From assembly GCF_058153355.1 (NCBI RefSeq), contig NZ_CM177019.1: 64,000 bases of DNA, one strand, 5' to 3'. Positions 47,699-60,065 of the stretch are shown here, piece by piece (the first letter of the stretch is position 1; each line of letters begins with the position of its first letter). The position numbers and the translations under genes are program-made. The notes beneath the pieces were generated by a model that searched no databases, was not told where the DNA came from, and saw only the letters and a program-made list of their open reading frames with translations.

Positions 47699-48691
47699 GT
47701 GCTCAAGGATTCACTCTCTTCCGCCAGGGTCTTTATGGGGCTATCACTATTATTGCTAGCTCTGGTGCTGTTCGGTGCCAGTCAGGGAGCGTTAAAGATC
47801 AGTTTTGATGCCCTTTTTGATGAGGAATACCGCGATATCTGGCTCAATATTCGTCTACCACGGGTTTTGCTGGCGGTGCTGGTAGGTGCAGCGTTGGCAA
47901 CCGCCGGGGTAATTATGCAGGGGCTTTTTCGCAACCCAATGGCTGACCCTGGATTACTCGGCGTCAGTAGCGGTTCTGCATTAATGGTTGGCGTTGCTAT
48001 TGTGCTGCCCTTTTCCTTCCCAGTGGTGCTGGTGCTCTATGAGCAAATGGTGTTTGCCATTGCCGGAAGTTTAGTGGTCTGCACCATCATTTTTCTCATC
48101 ACGCAGCGCCATCGCGATGGAAGCATGATGCAATTATTACTCGCCGGTATCGCCATCAATGCCCTGTGCGGCGCAGCGATCGGCATCCTGAGCTATATCG
48201 GCGATGAGCAGCAGCTACGACAACTCACATTGTGGATGATGGGCAATCTTGGACAGGCGCAATGGCCGACGTTATTGGTTGCCAGTTCATTCATCCTACC
48301 GGCCATTATTGCAACAACTTGTCTCGCCGGAACGCTGAATTTACTGCAGCTCGGTGATGAAGAAGCCCACTACCTCGGCGTGAACGTTAAGCGTAAACGC
48401 CAGCAATTACTGTTAGTGAGCTCACTGCTCGTTGGTGCCGCCGTATCGGTAAGCGGCATTATCGGCTTTATTGGCCTGGTGATCCCGCATCTGATTCGTA
48501 TGACTACCGGGGCAAATCACCGCTGGCTAATCCCTTGCTCCGCCCTCGCCGGAGCCTGTTTATTGCTGATGGCAGACACGCTTGCCCGCACACTGGTACA
48601 GCCAGCAGAAATGCCCGTGGGATTATTAACCAGCCTGCTTGGTGGCCCTTATTTTATGTGGTTGATTCTGCGCAACCGGAGGATCACATGA
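47699..48691 (+). CDS. chuU: Haem ABC transporter permease ChuU
   Basis: 330-aa FecCD-family polytopic membrane protein. Confidence 0.85.
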   Translation: MLKDSLSSARVFMGLSLLLLALVLFGASQGALKISFDALFDEEYRDIWLNIRLPRVLLAVLVGAALATAGVIMQGLFRNPMADPGLLGVSSGSALMVGVAIVLPFSFPVVLVLYEQMVFAIAGSLVVCTIIFLITQRHRDGSMMQLLLAGIAINALCGAAIGILSYIGDEQQLRQLTLWMMGNLGQAQWPTLLVASSFILPAIIATTCLAGTLNLLQLGDEEAHYLGVNVKRKRQQLLLVSSLLVGAAVSVSGIIGFIGLVIPHLIRMTTGANHRWLIPCSALAGACLLLMADTLARTLVQPAEMPVGLLTSLLGGPYFMWLILRNRRIT

Positions 48692-49458
48692 TCAGCGCCC
48701 AGAATCTGGTTTATAGCCTTCAGGGGCGGCGTCTGACTGATAATGTCTCGCTGACTTTTCCCGGTGGGGAAATTGTTGCCATTCTCGGCCCTAATGGTGC
48801 GGGAAAATCTACGCTGCTTCGCCAGTTAACCGGCTATCTTCAACCTGATAGCGGCGAATGTCGGTTGTTTAATAAGCCATTAAATGAATGGTCGATTACT
48901 GAACTGGCGAAACACCGGGCCGTGATGCGTCAAAATAGCCACATGGCGTTTCCATTCAGCGTACAAGAAGTTATCCAGATGGGGCGGCATCCGCATCGTA
49001 CTGGTAATCAGGATAATGAAACAGCACAAATAATGGCGTTATGTGACTGTCAGGCGTTAGCAAACCGCGACTATCGGCAATTATCCGGTGGTGAACAACA
49101 GCGCGTGCAATTAGCGCGCCTGCTGGTGCAACTCTGGGAACCAACTCCCTCACCGAAATGGTTATTTCTTGATGAACCAACTTCGGCGCTGGATATTCAC
49201 CATCAGCAGCACTTGTTTCGTTTATTACGCCAGCTAGTTCACGAACGGCAGTTCAATGTTTGCTGCGTATTGCACGATCTAAATCTTGCCGCGCGTTATG
49301 CAGACCGTGTTGTATTAATGCAAAAAGGAAAGGTTATCGCAAATGGTAAACCGCAGGACGTATTGACACAGCAGGCGCTGACAATGCTCTACGGCGCGGA
49401 TATTACCGTACTTAAAGATCCTGCCAACCATTCACCACTGATCGTCCTCGATCATTAA
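48688..49458 (+). CDS. chuV: Haem ABC transporter ATPase ChuV
   Basis: 256-aa product from MISAQNLVY with Walker [10 protein letters not shown] and signature LSGGEQQR; 4-bp overlap with chuU. Confidence 0.85.
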   Translation: MISAQNLVYSLQGRRLTDNVSLTFPGGEIVAILGPNGAGKSTLLRQLTGYLQPDSGECRLFNKPLNEWSITELAKHRAVMRQNSHMAFPFSVQEVIQMGRHPHRTGNQDNETAQIMALCDCQALANRDYRQLSGGEQQRVQLARLLVQLWEPTPSPKWLFLDEPTSALDIHHQQHLFRLLRQLVHERQFNVCCVLHDLNLAARYADRVVLMQKGKVIANGKPQDVLTQQALTMLYGADITVLKDPANHSPLIVLDH

Positions 49459-49509
49459 AACCAACAGGAGTACCGCTCTGGTACTCCTGCGAATAAATAA
49501 CTATATAGA

Positions 49510-50157
49510 TTAGCTAATTGAAACGCCTTTCACCCCTGCCATACCTTTTAATAATCGCAACAGATCTTCTATCGACGTCGTGGCATGAAGCTGGATATCA
49601 ATGGCGACCACTTCATGATCTTCATTTTCCTGCAACGAAACTAAATCCGTTTTTATTTTTTGCTGCTTAAACCAGTCGAGCATTGATACCGTATTACCGT
49701 TCACTAATGTCAGCTGTAAATGGTAATTTTTATTCATCAGGCGGAAGGTTAATTGATGGAAGACTTCCAGCACCAGTAAGGTCATCACTGAACCATAAAT
49801 GCCCAGTTCGTACATACCGCTACCAATAACCATACCAATGGCGGCGGTCACCCAGATATCCGCTGCCGTCGTCAGACCTACAATATTTTGGTTACGAACG
49901 AGAATGTTACCTGCACCGATAAACCCGACGCCCGTCACCACCTGAGCAGCAATACGGCTGGGGTCCAGTCCGACGTGATCTAAAGACAGCACGTCAGCAA
50001 AACCATATTTCGAAACAATCATAAACAGGGCGCTTCCCATGCCAATTAATACATGTGTGCGTAACCCTGCTCCTTTGCCGCGCATTTGCCTTTCCATGCC
50101 AATAGCGCCACAGGCAATTGCTGCGAGTATAAGACGTATAATAAATTCTGTTGTCAT
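49510..50157 (-). CDS. yhiD: MgtC-family inner membrane protein YhiD
   Basis: 215-aa product from MTTEFIIRLILAAIACGAIGMERQ. Confidence 0.85.
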   Translation of the reverse strand: MTTEFIIRLILAAIACGAIGMERQMRGKGAGLRTHVLIGMGSALFMIVSKYGFADVLSLDHVGLDPSRIAAQVVTGVGFIGAGNILVRNQNIVGLTTAADIWVTAAIGMVIGSGMYELGIYGSVMTLLVLEVFHQLTFRLMNKNYHLQLTLVNGNTVSMLDWFKQQKIKTDLVSLQENEDHEVVAIDIQLHATTSIEDLLRLLKGMAGVKGVSIS

Positions 50158-50220
50158 ATAAAAATGCAAAAAGGAGCAGCAAGATGGCTCAACTTGCTAC
50201 TCCTTTTTACTTGTGCCCCA

Positions 50221-50547
50221 TTAATTCGGCAAGTCATTAGATGCTTGATTTTTGAAAGTATACAAATTTTTCTGCGGATTTTTTTTGCAGTATTCGATCA
50301 CTTTAGGAATTTGAGTAAGATCGGTTTCATTTAAAGTAACAGTATCACCACCTTTATAAACTGTTTCTTCATGCAGCATCCACCACGCAACCGGTGTCAT
50401 TGCTTTTGGATTCAGATCAATAAATTCCTGGCAAGTCATATCTTTAGCGGATTCATTGGCTGCCAGCGCAGATTGTGCGTTCACCAGTGACAAAGCCGCT
50501 ACAGCGCCCATAAAAATAAACGCTTTACGGAGAGATGAAATATTCAT
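50221..50547 (-). CDS. hdeB: Periplasmic acid-stress chaperone HdeB
   Basis: 108-aa product from MNISSLRKAFIFMGAVAALSLVNAQSALA. Confidence 0.9.
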   Translation of the reverse strand: MNISSLRKAFIFMGAVAALSLVNAQSALAANESAKDMTCQEFIDLNPKAMTPVAWWMLHEETVYKGGDTVTLNETDLTQIPKVIEYCKKNPQKNLYTFKNQASNDLPN

Positions 50548-50662
50548 TTTGTAACCCATTCAATATAGAGATTAAATATGAACAGAAGGAATAGCTGCTT
50601 TTGAAGAAGGTATTCCTACCTGTTCAATATGCAAGGAAGTACGATGTAACGTATTCCCGGAA

Positions 50663-50995
50663 TTACATATCTTTCTTAACTTTGTCCCATTCGCTTTTAA
50701 CTTTATCTTTAAAGTTGGCTTGTTTATCCTGAGTACAAGCCTGAACGATCGCTGGGGTTACGGTTGCAATACCCTGAACATCTAAAACCGCATCTTCTGG
50801 TTTATCTTTATTGTTCAGTGCTTCAGCAAAACCAACTGCAGTTGGCTGGAAGGATTCGTCCACAGCCAGAAAATCTTCACAGGTCCAGGTGTTGACCGGT
50901 TTTTTGTTATCAGCTGCTTTTTGTGCATCCGCTGCATTGCTCACCACTGGCAGAAGAAGCAGACCACCAAGAATAACGCCTAATACTTTTTTCAT
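50663..50995 (-). CDS. hdeA: Periplasmic acid-stress chaperone HdeA
   Basis: 110-aa ORF MKKVLGVILGGLLLLPVVSNAADAQKA…. Confidence 0.95.
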   Translation of the reverse strand: MKKVLGVILGGLLLLPVVSNAADAQKAADNKKPVNTWTCEDFLAVDESFQPTAVGFAEALNNKDKPEDAVLDVQGIATVTPAIVQACTQDKQANFKDKVKSEWDKVKKDM

Positions 50996-51249
50996 CGTAA
51001 TATCCTCAACTATAAAGTGAAAGAGCCGTCACGAATCAATTTCGACACTGAGGTTATAACCTGGTTTTCTGTATATGTCATGTTGATGGAAAATATCAAA
51101 ATCAGATATTTTTATTTCAATACAATGAGTTACAGATGCATCTGATACTGTAATTAGGAAATTTTTATTAAATCGACTGCATTCTTAGACGCGTTTTTGG
51201 CATAGATTGATAGCAGGGGATTTTCTTCTTAATTTTATAGGGTGGTTCT

Positions 51250-51822
51250 ATGTTATATATAGATAAGGCAACAATTTTGAAGTTTGATCTGGAGATGCTT
51301 AAAAAACATCGCAGAGCAATCCAGTTTATTGCCGTGCTGCTGTTTATCGTCGGGTTGCTGTGTATCAGTTTTCCGTTCGTCTCTGGCGATATTTTAAGCA
51401 CAGTAGTGGGTGCATTATTAATCTGCTCGGGTATTGCGCTTATTGTCGGGTTATTCAGCAACCGTAGTCATAATTTCTGGCCGGTATTATCCGGTTTCCT
51501 CGTCGCAGTCGCCTATTTATTGATCGGCTATTTCTTCATCCGCGCACCAGAGCTGGGCATTTTTGCCATTGCGGCATTTATTGCCGGTTTGTTCTGTGTG
51601 GCAGGGGTTATTCGCCTGATGAGTTGGTATCGTCAGCGTTCAATGAAAGGCAGTTGGCTACAGCTCGTTATTGGTGTGCTGGATATCGTCATTGCCTGGA
51701 TATTCCTTGGTGCAACGCCGATGGTTTCTGTAACGCTGGTTTCCACACTAGTGGGAATTGAACTGATATTTAGCGCCGCTAGCCTGTTCAGCTTCGCCAG
51801 TTTGTTTGTTAAAAAGCAATAA
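51250..51822 (+). CDS. hdeD: Acid-resistance membrane protein HdeD
   Basis: 190-aa multi-pass membrane protein, divergent from hdeAB. Confidence 0.9.
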   Translation: MLYIDKATILKFDLEMLKKHRRAIQFIAVLLFIVGLLCISFPFVSGDILSTVVGALLICSGIALIVGLFSNRSHNFWPVLSGFLVAVAYLLIGYFFIRAPELGIFAIAAFIAGLFCVAGVIRLMSWYRQRSMKGSWLQLVIGVLDIVIAWIFLGATPMVSVTLVSTLVGIELIFSAASLFSFASLFVKKQ

Positions 51823-52620
51823 TTATCCCTATTGCCACCTGGATCATAGTCACTTAATGTGACTATGATCCAATTAATACTCTCTCCGCTACACAGCATT
51901 TTAGATCAATTGCGCGCTATCATTGAAATAATTATCTGCTGATGAGTATTTCAACCTACTGAATTTTATCTGATTTTTTTCATTGCATGGCAAATTAGCC
52001 ATTTCAAACATTATCATGGCTGATATTTTCCGTAGTCAGGTTTAATGTTTTAAAAGTGCTGTGGGAAAGTGAACAAAGAGTTCCGTAAGCGTTGATGCTA
52101 TGGGCGGTTAAATAAGTAATCCGGGTTCATTTTTTTATAACTGGCGTTGATTACATTGCATAAATATCCGTGTCTCCAGACGCTATATAAAAACCTGAAG
52201 ACATGAATGAGTTATTTACTCAGGTAATTTCAATGCGTTAAAAGAAAGCTGGCAATCCAATTGCCAGCTTAAGTCGAAACAAGGAGACTCGATATTTAAA
52301 TCGGATTACATTTTAACTTTAGTAATATTCTTCAGAGATCACAAACTGGTTATTGATAACTTATTCTTGGGCAGTAATCCGCAAACGTTAATTTTTTGTT
52401 TGCAGTTTACAATCTGATAACAACCAGGAATTTTACTTAGGATCAATATATGGAGTGCGTGATGGATAAATCTGAAGTATTGATTAGTGTTAATAGACGT
52501 ATTAGTTCACGAAGGGCAAGGTTCTTATAGGCGTTTACTATATTGAACAACGATTCGAACAGGGATGTAAATAATGAAAAGGATGACATGTTCGAAACGA
52601 TAACGGCTAAGGAGCAAGTT

Positions 52621-53148
52621 ATGATTTTTCTCATGACGAAAGATTCTTTTCTTTTACAGGGCTTTTGGCAGTTGAAAGATAATCACGAAATGATAAAAAT
52701 CAATTCCCTGTCAGAGATCAAAAAAGTAGGTAATAAACCCTTCAAGGTTATCATTGATACCTATCACAACCATATCCTTGATGAAGAAGCGATTAAATTT
52801 CTGGAGAAATTAGACGCCGAGAGAATTATTGTTTTGGCACCTTATCACATCAGTAAACTAAAAGCTAAAGCGCCTATTTATTTTGTCAGCCGCAAAGAAA
52901 GTATCAAAAATCTTCTTGAGATTACTTATGGTAAACACTTGCCCCATAAGAATTCACAATTATGTTTTTCACATAATCAGTTCAAAATTATGCAGCTGAT
53001 TCTGAAAAACAAAAACGAAAGCAATATCACGTCAACGCTCAATATTTCGCAACAAACATTAAAGATTCAGAAATTCAACATTATGTACAAGCTGAAACTA
53101 AGACGTATGAGCGACATCGTCACCCTGGGTATCACATCTTATTTTTAG
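52621..53148 (+). CDS. gadE: Acid-resistance LuxR-family activator GadE
   Basis: 175-aa product from MIFLMTKDSFLLQGFWQL; preceded by about 800 bp of non-coding regulatory region. Confidence 0.9.
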   Translation: MIFLMTKDSFLLQGFWQLKDNHEMIKINSLSEIKKVGNKPFKVIIDTYHNHILDEEAIKFLEKLDAERIIVLAPYHISKLKAKAPIYFVSRKESIKNLLEITYGKHLPHKNSQLCFSHNQFKIMQLILKNKNESNITSTLNISQQTLKIQKFNIMYKLKLRRMSDIVTLGITSYF

Positions 53149-53486
53149 TCAGGACATAATTAACTGAAAATGATGGCAGGCATGAAGAGGGATGCAGATG
53201 CTGATTTCATTATCCCCGGTGATGACTAAAGGAGAGGCGAAAACGACTTTATTCCCCTGGTATGTGTATCCACCAGTAGAACCCTTCGTTGCCCGAATGC
53301 TGGCAGGAACTGTTGGCAGAACGGCAACATTTTTTTTGTCGTTGACCTCACCATGTCGATCACTGTGCTTGCATCCCATCTTACTGGCTGACAACCCCAC
53401 TATGCCGCTGGTCTGTAAATCCCTCATACCTCTCCTCGCGCGCAATTTAAAGAACCGTTATATCTCAAGAATTTTCAGGGACTAAA

Positions 53487-54644
53487 ATGAACAGAAGAAG
53501 AAAACTGTTAATACCGTTGTTATTCTGCGGCGCGATGCTCACCGCCTGCGATGACAAATCGACGGAAAACGCCGCCGCCATGACGCCTGAGGTCGGTGTC
53601 GTCACACTCTCCCCCGGTTCGGTCAATGTGTTGAGCGAATTGCCCGGTAGAACCGTTCCTTATGAAGTTGCCGAGATACGCCCTCAGGTGGGCGGTATTA
53701 TCATTAAACGCAACTTTATCGAAGGCGATAAAGTGAACCAGGGCGATTCGCTGTATCAGATTGATCCTGCGCCTTTACAGGCCGATCTAAACTCCGCCAA
53801 AGGCTCGTTGGCGAAAGCACTCTCAACCGCCAGCAATGCCCGCATCACCTTTAACCGCCAGGCATCATTGCTGAAGACCAACTACGTTAGCCGTCAGGAT
53901 TACGACACCGAGCGCACCCAGCTGAATGAAGCAGAAGCCAATGTCACCGTCGCCAAAGCGGCTGTTGAACAGGCGACGATCAATCTGCAATACGCGAATG
54001 TCACCTCGCCGATTACGGGCGTCAGCGGGAAATCGTCGGTGACCGTCGGCGCACTCGTTACCGCTAATCAAGCCGATTCACTGGTTACCGTGCAACGTCT
54101 GGACCCGATTTATGTCGATCTCACGCAGTCGGTGCAGGATTTTTTGCGCATGAAAGAAGAGGTCGCCAGTGGACAAATCAAACAGGTTCAGGGCAGTACG
54201 CCAGTACAGCTCAATCTGGAAAATGGTAAACGTTACAGCCAGACCGGCACGCTGAAATTCTCCGACCCGACGGTGGATGAAACCACGGGCTCCGTGACGT
54301 TACGGGCGATTTTCCCCAACCCAAATGGTGACTTGCTGCCAGGTATGTATGTCACGGCATTAGTGGATGAAGGTAGCCGCCAGAATGTATTACTGGTGCC
54401 GCAGGAAGGCGTCACCCACAACGCCCAGGGTAAAGCAACGGCGCTCATTCTGGATAAAGACGATGTTGTGCAGCTACGCGAAATTAAAGCCAGCAAAGCC
54501 ATCGGCGACCAGTGGGTTGTCACCTCTGGCTTGCAGGCTGGCGATCGGGTGATCGTTTCCGGTTTGCAACGTATTCATCCGGGTATCAAAGCACGTGCAA
54601 TTTCCTCCAGCCAGGAAAACGCCAGCACCGAATCGAAACAATAA
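53487..54644 (+). CDS. mdtE: RND efflux membrane fusion protein MdtE
   Basis: 385-aa ORF with lipoprotein signal (LTAC). Confidence 0.9.
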   Translation: MNRRRKLLIPLLFCGAMLTACDDKSTENAAAMTPEVGVVTLSPGSVNVLSELPGRTVPYEVAEIRPQVGGIIIKRNFIEGDKVNQGDSLYQIDPAPLQADLNSAKGSLAKALSTASNARITFNRQASLLKTNYVSRQDYDTERTQLNEAEANVTVAKAAVEQATINLQYANVTSPITGVSGKSSVTVGALVTANQADSLVTVQRLDPIYVDLTQSVQDFLRMKEEVASGQIKQVQGSTPVQLNLENGKRYSQTGTLKFSDPTVDETTGSVTLRAIFPNPNGDLLPGMYVTALVDEGSRQNVLLVPQEGVTHNAQGKATALILDKDDVVQLREIKASKAIGDQWVVTSGLQAGDRVIVSGLQRIHPGIKARAISSSQENASTESKQ

Positions 54645-54668
54645 CGTTGCAGGCTTAAGGGGACTTTC

Positions 54669-57600
54669 ATGGCTAACTATTTTATTGATCGCCCGGTTTT
54701 TGCCTGGGTACTTGCCATTATTATGATGCTTGCAGGTGGTCTGGCGATCATGAACTTACCGGTTGCGCAATATCCGCAGATTGCGCCACCAACTATTACC
54801 GTCAGCGCAACCTATCCGGGTGCCGATGCGCAAACGGTAGAAGACTCGGTCACTCAGGTGATTGAGCAAAATATGAATGGGCTTGATGGCCTGATGTACA
54901 TGTCTTCAACCAGCGATGCGGCGGGTAATGCCTCCATCACTCTGACCTTTGAGACGGGGACATCGCCTGATATCGCACAGGTTCAGGTACAAAATAAACT
55001 GCAACTCGCAATGCCTTCATTACCTGAAGCGGTGCAGCAGCAGGGTATTAGCGTCGATAAGTCGAGCAGTAATATCCTGATGGTAGCGGCGTTTATTTCT
55101 GATAACGGCAGTCTCAACCAGTACGATATCGCGGACTATGTAGCGTCTAATATCAAAGACCCGCTAAGCCGTACCGCGGGCGTTGGTAGCGTACAGCTCT
55201 TTGGTTCCGAGTACGCCATGCGTATCTGGCTGGACCCGCAAAAACTCAATAAATATAACCTGGTACCTTCCGATGTTATTTCCCAGATTAAGGTGCAAAA
55301 CAACCAGATTTCCGGTGGTCAACTGGGTGGCATGCCACAGGCGGCAGACCAGCAACTGAACGCCTCGATCATTGTGCAGACGCGTCTGCAAACGCCGGAA
55401 GAATTTGGCAAAATCCTGTTGAAAGTTCAGCAAGATGGTTCGCAAGTACTGCTGCGTGATGTCGCCCGCGTCGAACTTGGGGCGGAAGATTATTCCACCG
55501 TGGCGCGCTATAACGGCAAACCTGCTGCCGGGATCGCCATCAAACTGGCTACCGGAGCAAACGCCCTGGATACCTCGCGAGCGGTGAAAGAGGAGCTGAA
55601 CCGTTTATCGGCTTATTTCCCCGCAAGCCTGAAGACGGTTTATCCTTACGACACCACACCGTTTATCAAAATTTCTATTCAGGAAGTTTTCAAAACGCTG
55701 GTTGAGGCTATCATCCTCGTCTTCCTGGTCATGTATCTGTTTTTGCAGAATTTCCGAGCCACAATCATCCCGACGATTGCCGTACCGGTGGTTATTCTCG
55801 GGACGTTTGCGATCTTGTCGGCGGTCGGTTTCACCATCAACACCCTCACCATGTTCGGGATGGTGCTGGCGATAGGGTTGTTGGTGGATGACGCCATCGT
55901 GGTGGTAGAAAACGTCGAGCGCGTGATAGCGGAGGATAAACTGCCGCCGAAGGAAGCAACGCATAAATCCATGGGGCAAATCCAACGCGCTCTGGTCGGG
56001 ATTGCCGTTGTGCTTTCCGCGGTGTTTATGCCAATGGCCTTTATGAGCGGTGCAACCGGGGAGATCTACCGACAGTTCTCCATCACGCTGATCTCCTCCA
56101 TGCTGCTTTCAGTATTTGTGGCAATGAGCCTGACCCCTGCCCTGTGCGCCACCATTCTGAAAGCCGCGCCGGAAGGCGGTCACAAACCTAACGCCCTGTT
56201 CGCACGCTTCAACACGCTGTTTGAAAAATCGACTCATCACTATACCGATAGCACCCGCTCGCTGTTGCGTTGTACCGGTCGCTACATGGTGGTCTACCTG
56301 CTGATTTGCGCCGGGATGGCAGTGCTGTTCCTGCGTACGCCGACCTCTTTCTTACCAGAAGAGGATCAGGGGGTATTTATGACCACCGCGCAGTTACCTT
56401 CCGGTGCAACCATGGTTAACACCACGAAAGTGCTGCAACAGGTGACTGATTATTATCTGACAAAAGAGAAAGATAATGTTCAGTCGGTGTTTACCGTTGG
56501 CGGCTTTGGCTTCAGTGGCCAGGGGCAAAACAACGGTCTGGCGTTTATCAGCCTCAAACCGTGGTCTGAACGTGTCGGTGAGGAAAACTCGGTTACCGCG
56601 ATCATTCAGCGGGCAATGATTGCGTTAAGCAGTATCAATAAAGCCGTCGTCTTCCCGTTCAACTTACCCGCGGTGGCTGAACTGGGTACCGCGTCAGGTT
56701 TTGATATGGAACTGCTGGACAACGGTAACCTGGGGCACGAAAAACTGACCCAGGCGCGAAACGAGCTATTATCACTGGCAGCGCAATCACCGAATCAGGT
56801 CACCGGGGTACGCCCGAACGGACTGGAAGATACGCCGATGTTCAAAGTGAACGTCAACGCCGCGAAAGCCGAGGCAATGGGTGTGGCGCTGTCTGATATC
56901 AACCAGACAATTTCCACCGCCTTCGGCAGCAGCTACGTGAACGACTTCCTCAACCAGGGGCGGGTGAAAAAAGTGTATGTCCAGGCAGGCACGCCGTTCC
57001 GTATGTTGCCGGATAACATCAACCAGTGGTATGTACGCAACGCCTCTGGCACGATGGCACCGCTTTCGGCCTATTCGTCTACCGAATGGACCTATGGTTC
57101 ACCGCGACTGGAACGCTACAACGGCATCCCGTCAATGGAGATTTTAGGTGAAGCGGCGGCCGGGAAAAGTACCGGTGACGCTATGAAATTTATGGCAGAC
57201 CTGGTCGCTAAACTTCCGGCAGGCGTCGGCTACTCGTGGACCGGACTGTCGTATCAGGAAGCGTTATCCTCAAACCAGGCTCCCGCGCTGTATGCCATTT
57301 CACTGGTCGTGGTGTTCCTCGCCCTTGCCGCACTTTATGAGAGCTGGTCAATTCCGTTCTCGGTGATGTTGGTTGTACCGTTAGGTGTCGTTGGCGCATT
57401 ACTGGCCACCGATCTGCGCGGCTTAAGTAATGACGTCTACTTCCAGGTTGGTTTGCTGACTACCATCGGGCTTTCCGCCAAGAACGCCATCCTGATCGTC
57501 GAATTTGCCGTTGAGATGATGCAGAAAGAAGGGAAAACGCCGATAGAGGCAATCATCGAAGCGGCGCGGATGCGTTTACGCCCAATCCTGATGACCTCTC

Positions 57601-57782
57601 TGGCCTTTATTCTCGGCGTGTTGCCGCTGGTAATCAGCCACGGTGCCGGTTCCGGCGCGCAAAACGCGGTAGGTACCGGCGTGATGGGCGGGATGTTTGC
57701 CGCAACAGTGCTGGCCATTTACTTCGTTCCAGTCTTTTTCGTTGTAGTGGAACATCTCTTTGCCCGCTTTAAAAAAGCGTAA
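54669..57782 (+). CDS. mdtF: RND efflux pump inner-membrane transporter MdtF
   Basis: 1037-aa AcrB-like ORF ([21 protein letters not shown]…). Confidence 0.95.
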   Translation: MANYFIDRPVFAWVLAIIMMLAGGLAIMNLPVAQYPQIAPPTITVSATYPGADAQTVEDSVTQVIEQNMNGLDGLMYMSSTSDAAGNASITLTFETGTSPDIAQVQVQNKLQLAMPSLPEAVQQQGISVDKSSSNILMVAAFISDNGSLNQYDIADYVASNIKDPLSRTAGVGSVQLFGSEYAMRIWLDPQKLNKYNLVPSDVISQIKVQNNQISGGQLGGMPQAADQQLNASIIVQTRLQTPEEFGKILLKVQQDGSQVLLRDVARVELGAEDYSTVARYNGKPAAGIAIKLATGANALDTSRAVKEELNRLSAYFPASLKTVYPYDTTPFIKISIQEVFKTLVEAIILVFLVMYLFLQNFRATIIPTIAVPVVILGTFAILSAVGFTINTLTMFGMVLAIGLLVDDAIVVVENVERVIAEDKLPPKEATHKSMGQIQRALVGIAVVLSAVFMPMAFMSGATGEIYRQFSITLISSMLLSVFVAMSLTPALCATILKAAPEGGHKPNALFARFNTLFEKSTHHYTDSTRSLLRCTGRYMVVYLLICAGMAVLFLRTPTSFLPEEDQGVFMTTAQLPSGATMVNTTKVLQQVTDYYLTKEKDNVQSVFTVGGFGFSGQGQNNGLAFISLKPWSERVGEENSVTAIIQRAMIALSSINKAVVFPFNLPAVAELGTASGFDMELLDNGNLGHEKLTQARNELLSLAAQSPNQVTGVRPNGLEDTPMFKVNVNAAKAEAMGVALSDINQTISTAFGSSYVNDFLNQGRVKKVYVQAGTPFRMLPDNINQWYVRNASGTMAPLSAYSSTEWTYGSPRLERYNGIPSMEILGEAAAGKSTGDAMKFMADLVAKLPAGVGYSWTGLSYQEALSSNQAPALYAISLVVVFLALAALYESWSIPFSVMLVVPLGVVGALLATDLRGLSNDVYFQVGLLTTIGLSAKNAILIVEFAVEMMQKEGKTPIEAIIEAARMRLRPILMTSLAFILGVLPLVISHGAGSGAQNAVGTGVMGGMFAATVLAIYFVPVFFVVVEHLFARFKKA

Positions 57783-58144
57783 CGTGTAAATGAGAGTAAG
57801 GTTGAACGTGAGGGTTCAGCCTTACTCTTTCCTGCTAACCATTCACCACTCAACAACCAGCTAACCGTCAGGAATACCAGGCTTAGTACACAGCACTGAA
57901 AGTAAAAACCACTCCAGCCATTCGTCATCAATTTGAACAGCACAATACTGACCCACATTCCCGTAATCGTATGAATTGTCAGCTTAATAATCCCAAACAT
58001 GCCGAGTCTTTTCCTCCTGAAAATACCTATACCGCCTGGCATACTGCGAAAGAGAACTAGCCGGTAGCCCGGCAGAAATCATCAGGGAAGAGTTTCACAT
58101 GAAGCACGTGTGAGATCCTGACCAATATTCAAATGCGAAATATG

Positions 58145-58873
58145 TCAGGAAAAGGTACCTGGCGAATGTTGCGCAAACTGATGTGGCGTTACACCATAAT
58201 ATTGTCGAAATGTGTTTATAAAGTACGACGTACTGCTATACCCACATTTTTCCGCAATAGTATGTAGAGGAATTTGACGTAACTCGAGTAATCGTCTGGC
58301 CATCGACATCCTGGAAGCGAGTAATATTTTACTGAAACAGGTATTTTCGTCCTGCAACTTTTTTTTGATTAGACTCTCGCTGGTATACATTCTTTCCGCG
58401 ATATCGCGTAGATACCAACGTTTAGCGATATCAAAGCTAATAAGGCGTTCAACTTTTCCTGAAACAGTGCTGATACTATTGAAAAGTAAGGGGATTAGTT
58501 CTTTCTTATGAGAAAACATAGATAAACAGGAAAGGTAGAGCATATTGCTCAGTATCGGCGAATTTACTCCGGATTCATTGAAACTATCAAAAATCGCCGT
58601 CACCAGAGGCATGGGCGGGGACTGGTTAATTAACAAACGGTCTTTGCTATGTAACCCTAAATTGCGCGGTAACTGACGAATATTTTGTAAGTAATGGCAA
58701 ACTGTCAGCTCATCGATATCCAGTCGTCGTGTATCCGGTGAACAAAACGCAAAATCGTCTGCCAAATTTTTATCCAGCAGTAGAATACTTTCGTTGTGCA
58801 ACGATATTTTTTGCTGTTCATGATGAATATCCAATGAACGACGAACGAGGATCACCGAGCAGACATGAGTCAT
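58145..58873 (-). CDS. gadW: AraC-family regulator GadW
   Basis: 242-aa ORF with a C-terminal AraC HTH. Confidence 0.9.
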   Translation of the reverse strand: MTHVCSVILVRRSLDIHHEQQKISLHNESILLLDKNLADDFAFCSPDTRRLDIDELTVCHYLQNIRQLPRNLGLHSKDRLLINQSPPMPLVTAIFDSFNESGVNSPILSNMLYLSCLSMFSHKKELIPLLFNSISTVSGKVERLISFDIAKRWYLRDIAERMYTSESLIKKKLQDENTCFSKILLASRMSMARRLLELRQIPLHTIAEKCGYSSTSYFINTFRQYYGVTPHQFAQHSPGTFS

Positions 58874-59111
58874 GACTATCCCTTATATTTCATTACTGCG
58901 ATTATTTCAATTTCAGTATACTAATGAAATGATGCCAGACCGCTTCTTCGTGCATAAACTGCCATATTTGGTAGGACCAAAAGTTATCCAAAAAGTAGTT
59001 TGACATAACAGTTAATTGATAATAAGAAAATGCAAGAAGAATATATTTTCACACAGCGCATAGCTTATGTTTATAAAAAAATGGCTGATCTTATCTCCAG
59101 TAAAAGTTATA

Positions 59112-59216
59112 TTTAACTTACTGAGAGCACAAAGTTTCCCGTGCCAACAGGGAGTGTTATAACGGTTTATTAGTCTGGAGACGGCAGACTATCCTCTTCC
59201 CGGTCCCCTATGCCGG
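59112..59216 (+). ncRNA. gadY: GadY sRNA (approximate; antisense to the gadX 3' region)
   Basis: gadW-gadX intergenic region with a plus-strand intrinsic terminator (cccggtcccctatgccggg plus T-run) ending about 59216; 5' end estimated from my recollection of gadY length. Confidence 0.5.
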
Positions 59217-59240
59217 GTTTTTTTTATGTCTGGGTAAAAA

Positions 59241-60065
59241 CTATAATCTTATTTCTTCCGCAGAACGGTCAGTGCCGTAAAAATTCCCTTGTGCAACAAT
59301 ACTTGCCACCGAGTCACGGTTCGGCAATTCTTGTGCCGATCGCTCCTGATACTCTGTGGGCGTCATCCCATAATAATTTCGAAAAACGTAAATGAAATAC
59401 GACACGCTGTGATAACCACAGGACACTGCGACTCTTTTAATTGAAAACCCATGTATAACAATAAGTTGTAAAGCACGTTGCATTCTACACTCAGTAAGCA
59501 ACTGTGAATATGACGTACCTTCTTCGCGCAATTTTTTCTTTAACAGGCTTGAACTCATCAACAGCTCGCTGGCGATTTGGGCTAATGTCCACTCATGGGC
59601 GATATTATTATTGATGACCGTACAAACTCGTGTTCGCATGTTCGGTTGCAAAACGTTCAGAAGCAGCGGTATAAACTGCTCGTCCTCCAGGAAAACAGAT
59701 AACAACGCAAAGATTAATGCTCTTTTACGGAGCATTTCTGCATAGCGCAGATTCTTATTCTGCGATAGTTGCGCAACCTCCTGAAAAACAGGAATATCTC
59801 TGGTACAGTGATGAACGAGTAACGAAGGAACTTTTTTATGTGCATGAAGATTTAATGCCTCCTCCTTGAGCATCGGGAGAAATAATGAAAGCGTGTCCCT
59901 TGAAACTAATACAAAATTCTCGACACACTTATCCACTTGAATTTGACTTGCATCCGCAAAAACCAGTTCACCGCCATTAAAATAGCGATATTCACCATTA
60001 ACCATGGTGAGAATATATTTATGTCTTGCGTACGCAATTAGACAATTACCATGTAGTGATTGCAT
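59241..60065 (-). CDS. gadX: AraC-family regulator GadX
   Basis: 274-aa ORF MQSLHGNCLIAYARHKYILTMVNGEYRY…. Confidence 0.9.
   Translation of the reverse strand: MQSLHGNCLIAYARHKYILTMVNGEYRYFNGGELVFADASQIQVDKCVENFVLVSRDTLSLFLPMLKEEALNLHAHKKVPSLLVHHCTRDIPVFQEVAQLSQNKNLRYAEMLRKRALIFALLSVFLEDEQFIPLLLNVLQPNMRTRVCTVINNNIAHEWTLAQIASELLMSSSLLKKKLREEGTSYSQLLTECRMQRALQLIVIHGFSIKRVAVSCGYHSVSYFIYVFRNYYGMTPTEYQERSAQELPNRDSVASIVAQGNFYGTDRSAEEIRL

Noticed and set aside
52000-52620. The 62-aa minus-strand ORF (52443-52634) and possible sRNA in the long gadE upstream region
   Set aside because: This is the known large regulatory region of gadE; the ORF overlaps the gadE start and lacks an RBS. An antisense sRNA may exist here but I cannot delimit it from sequence alone.
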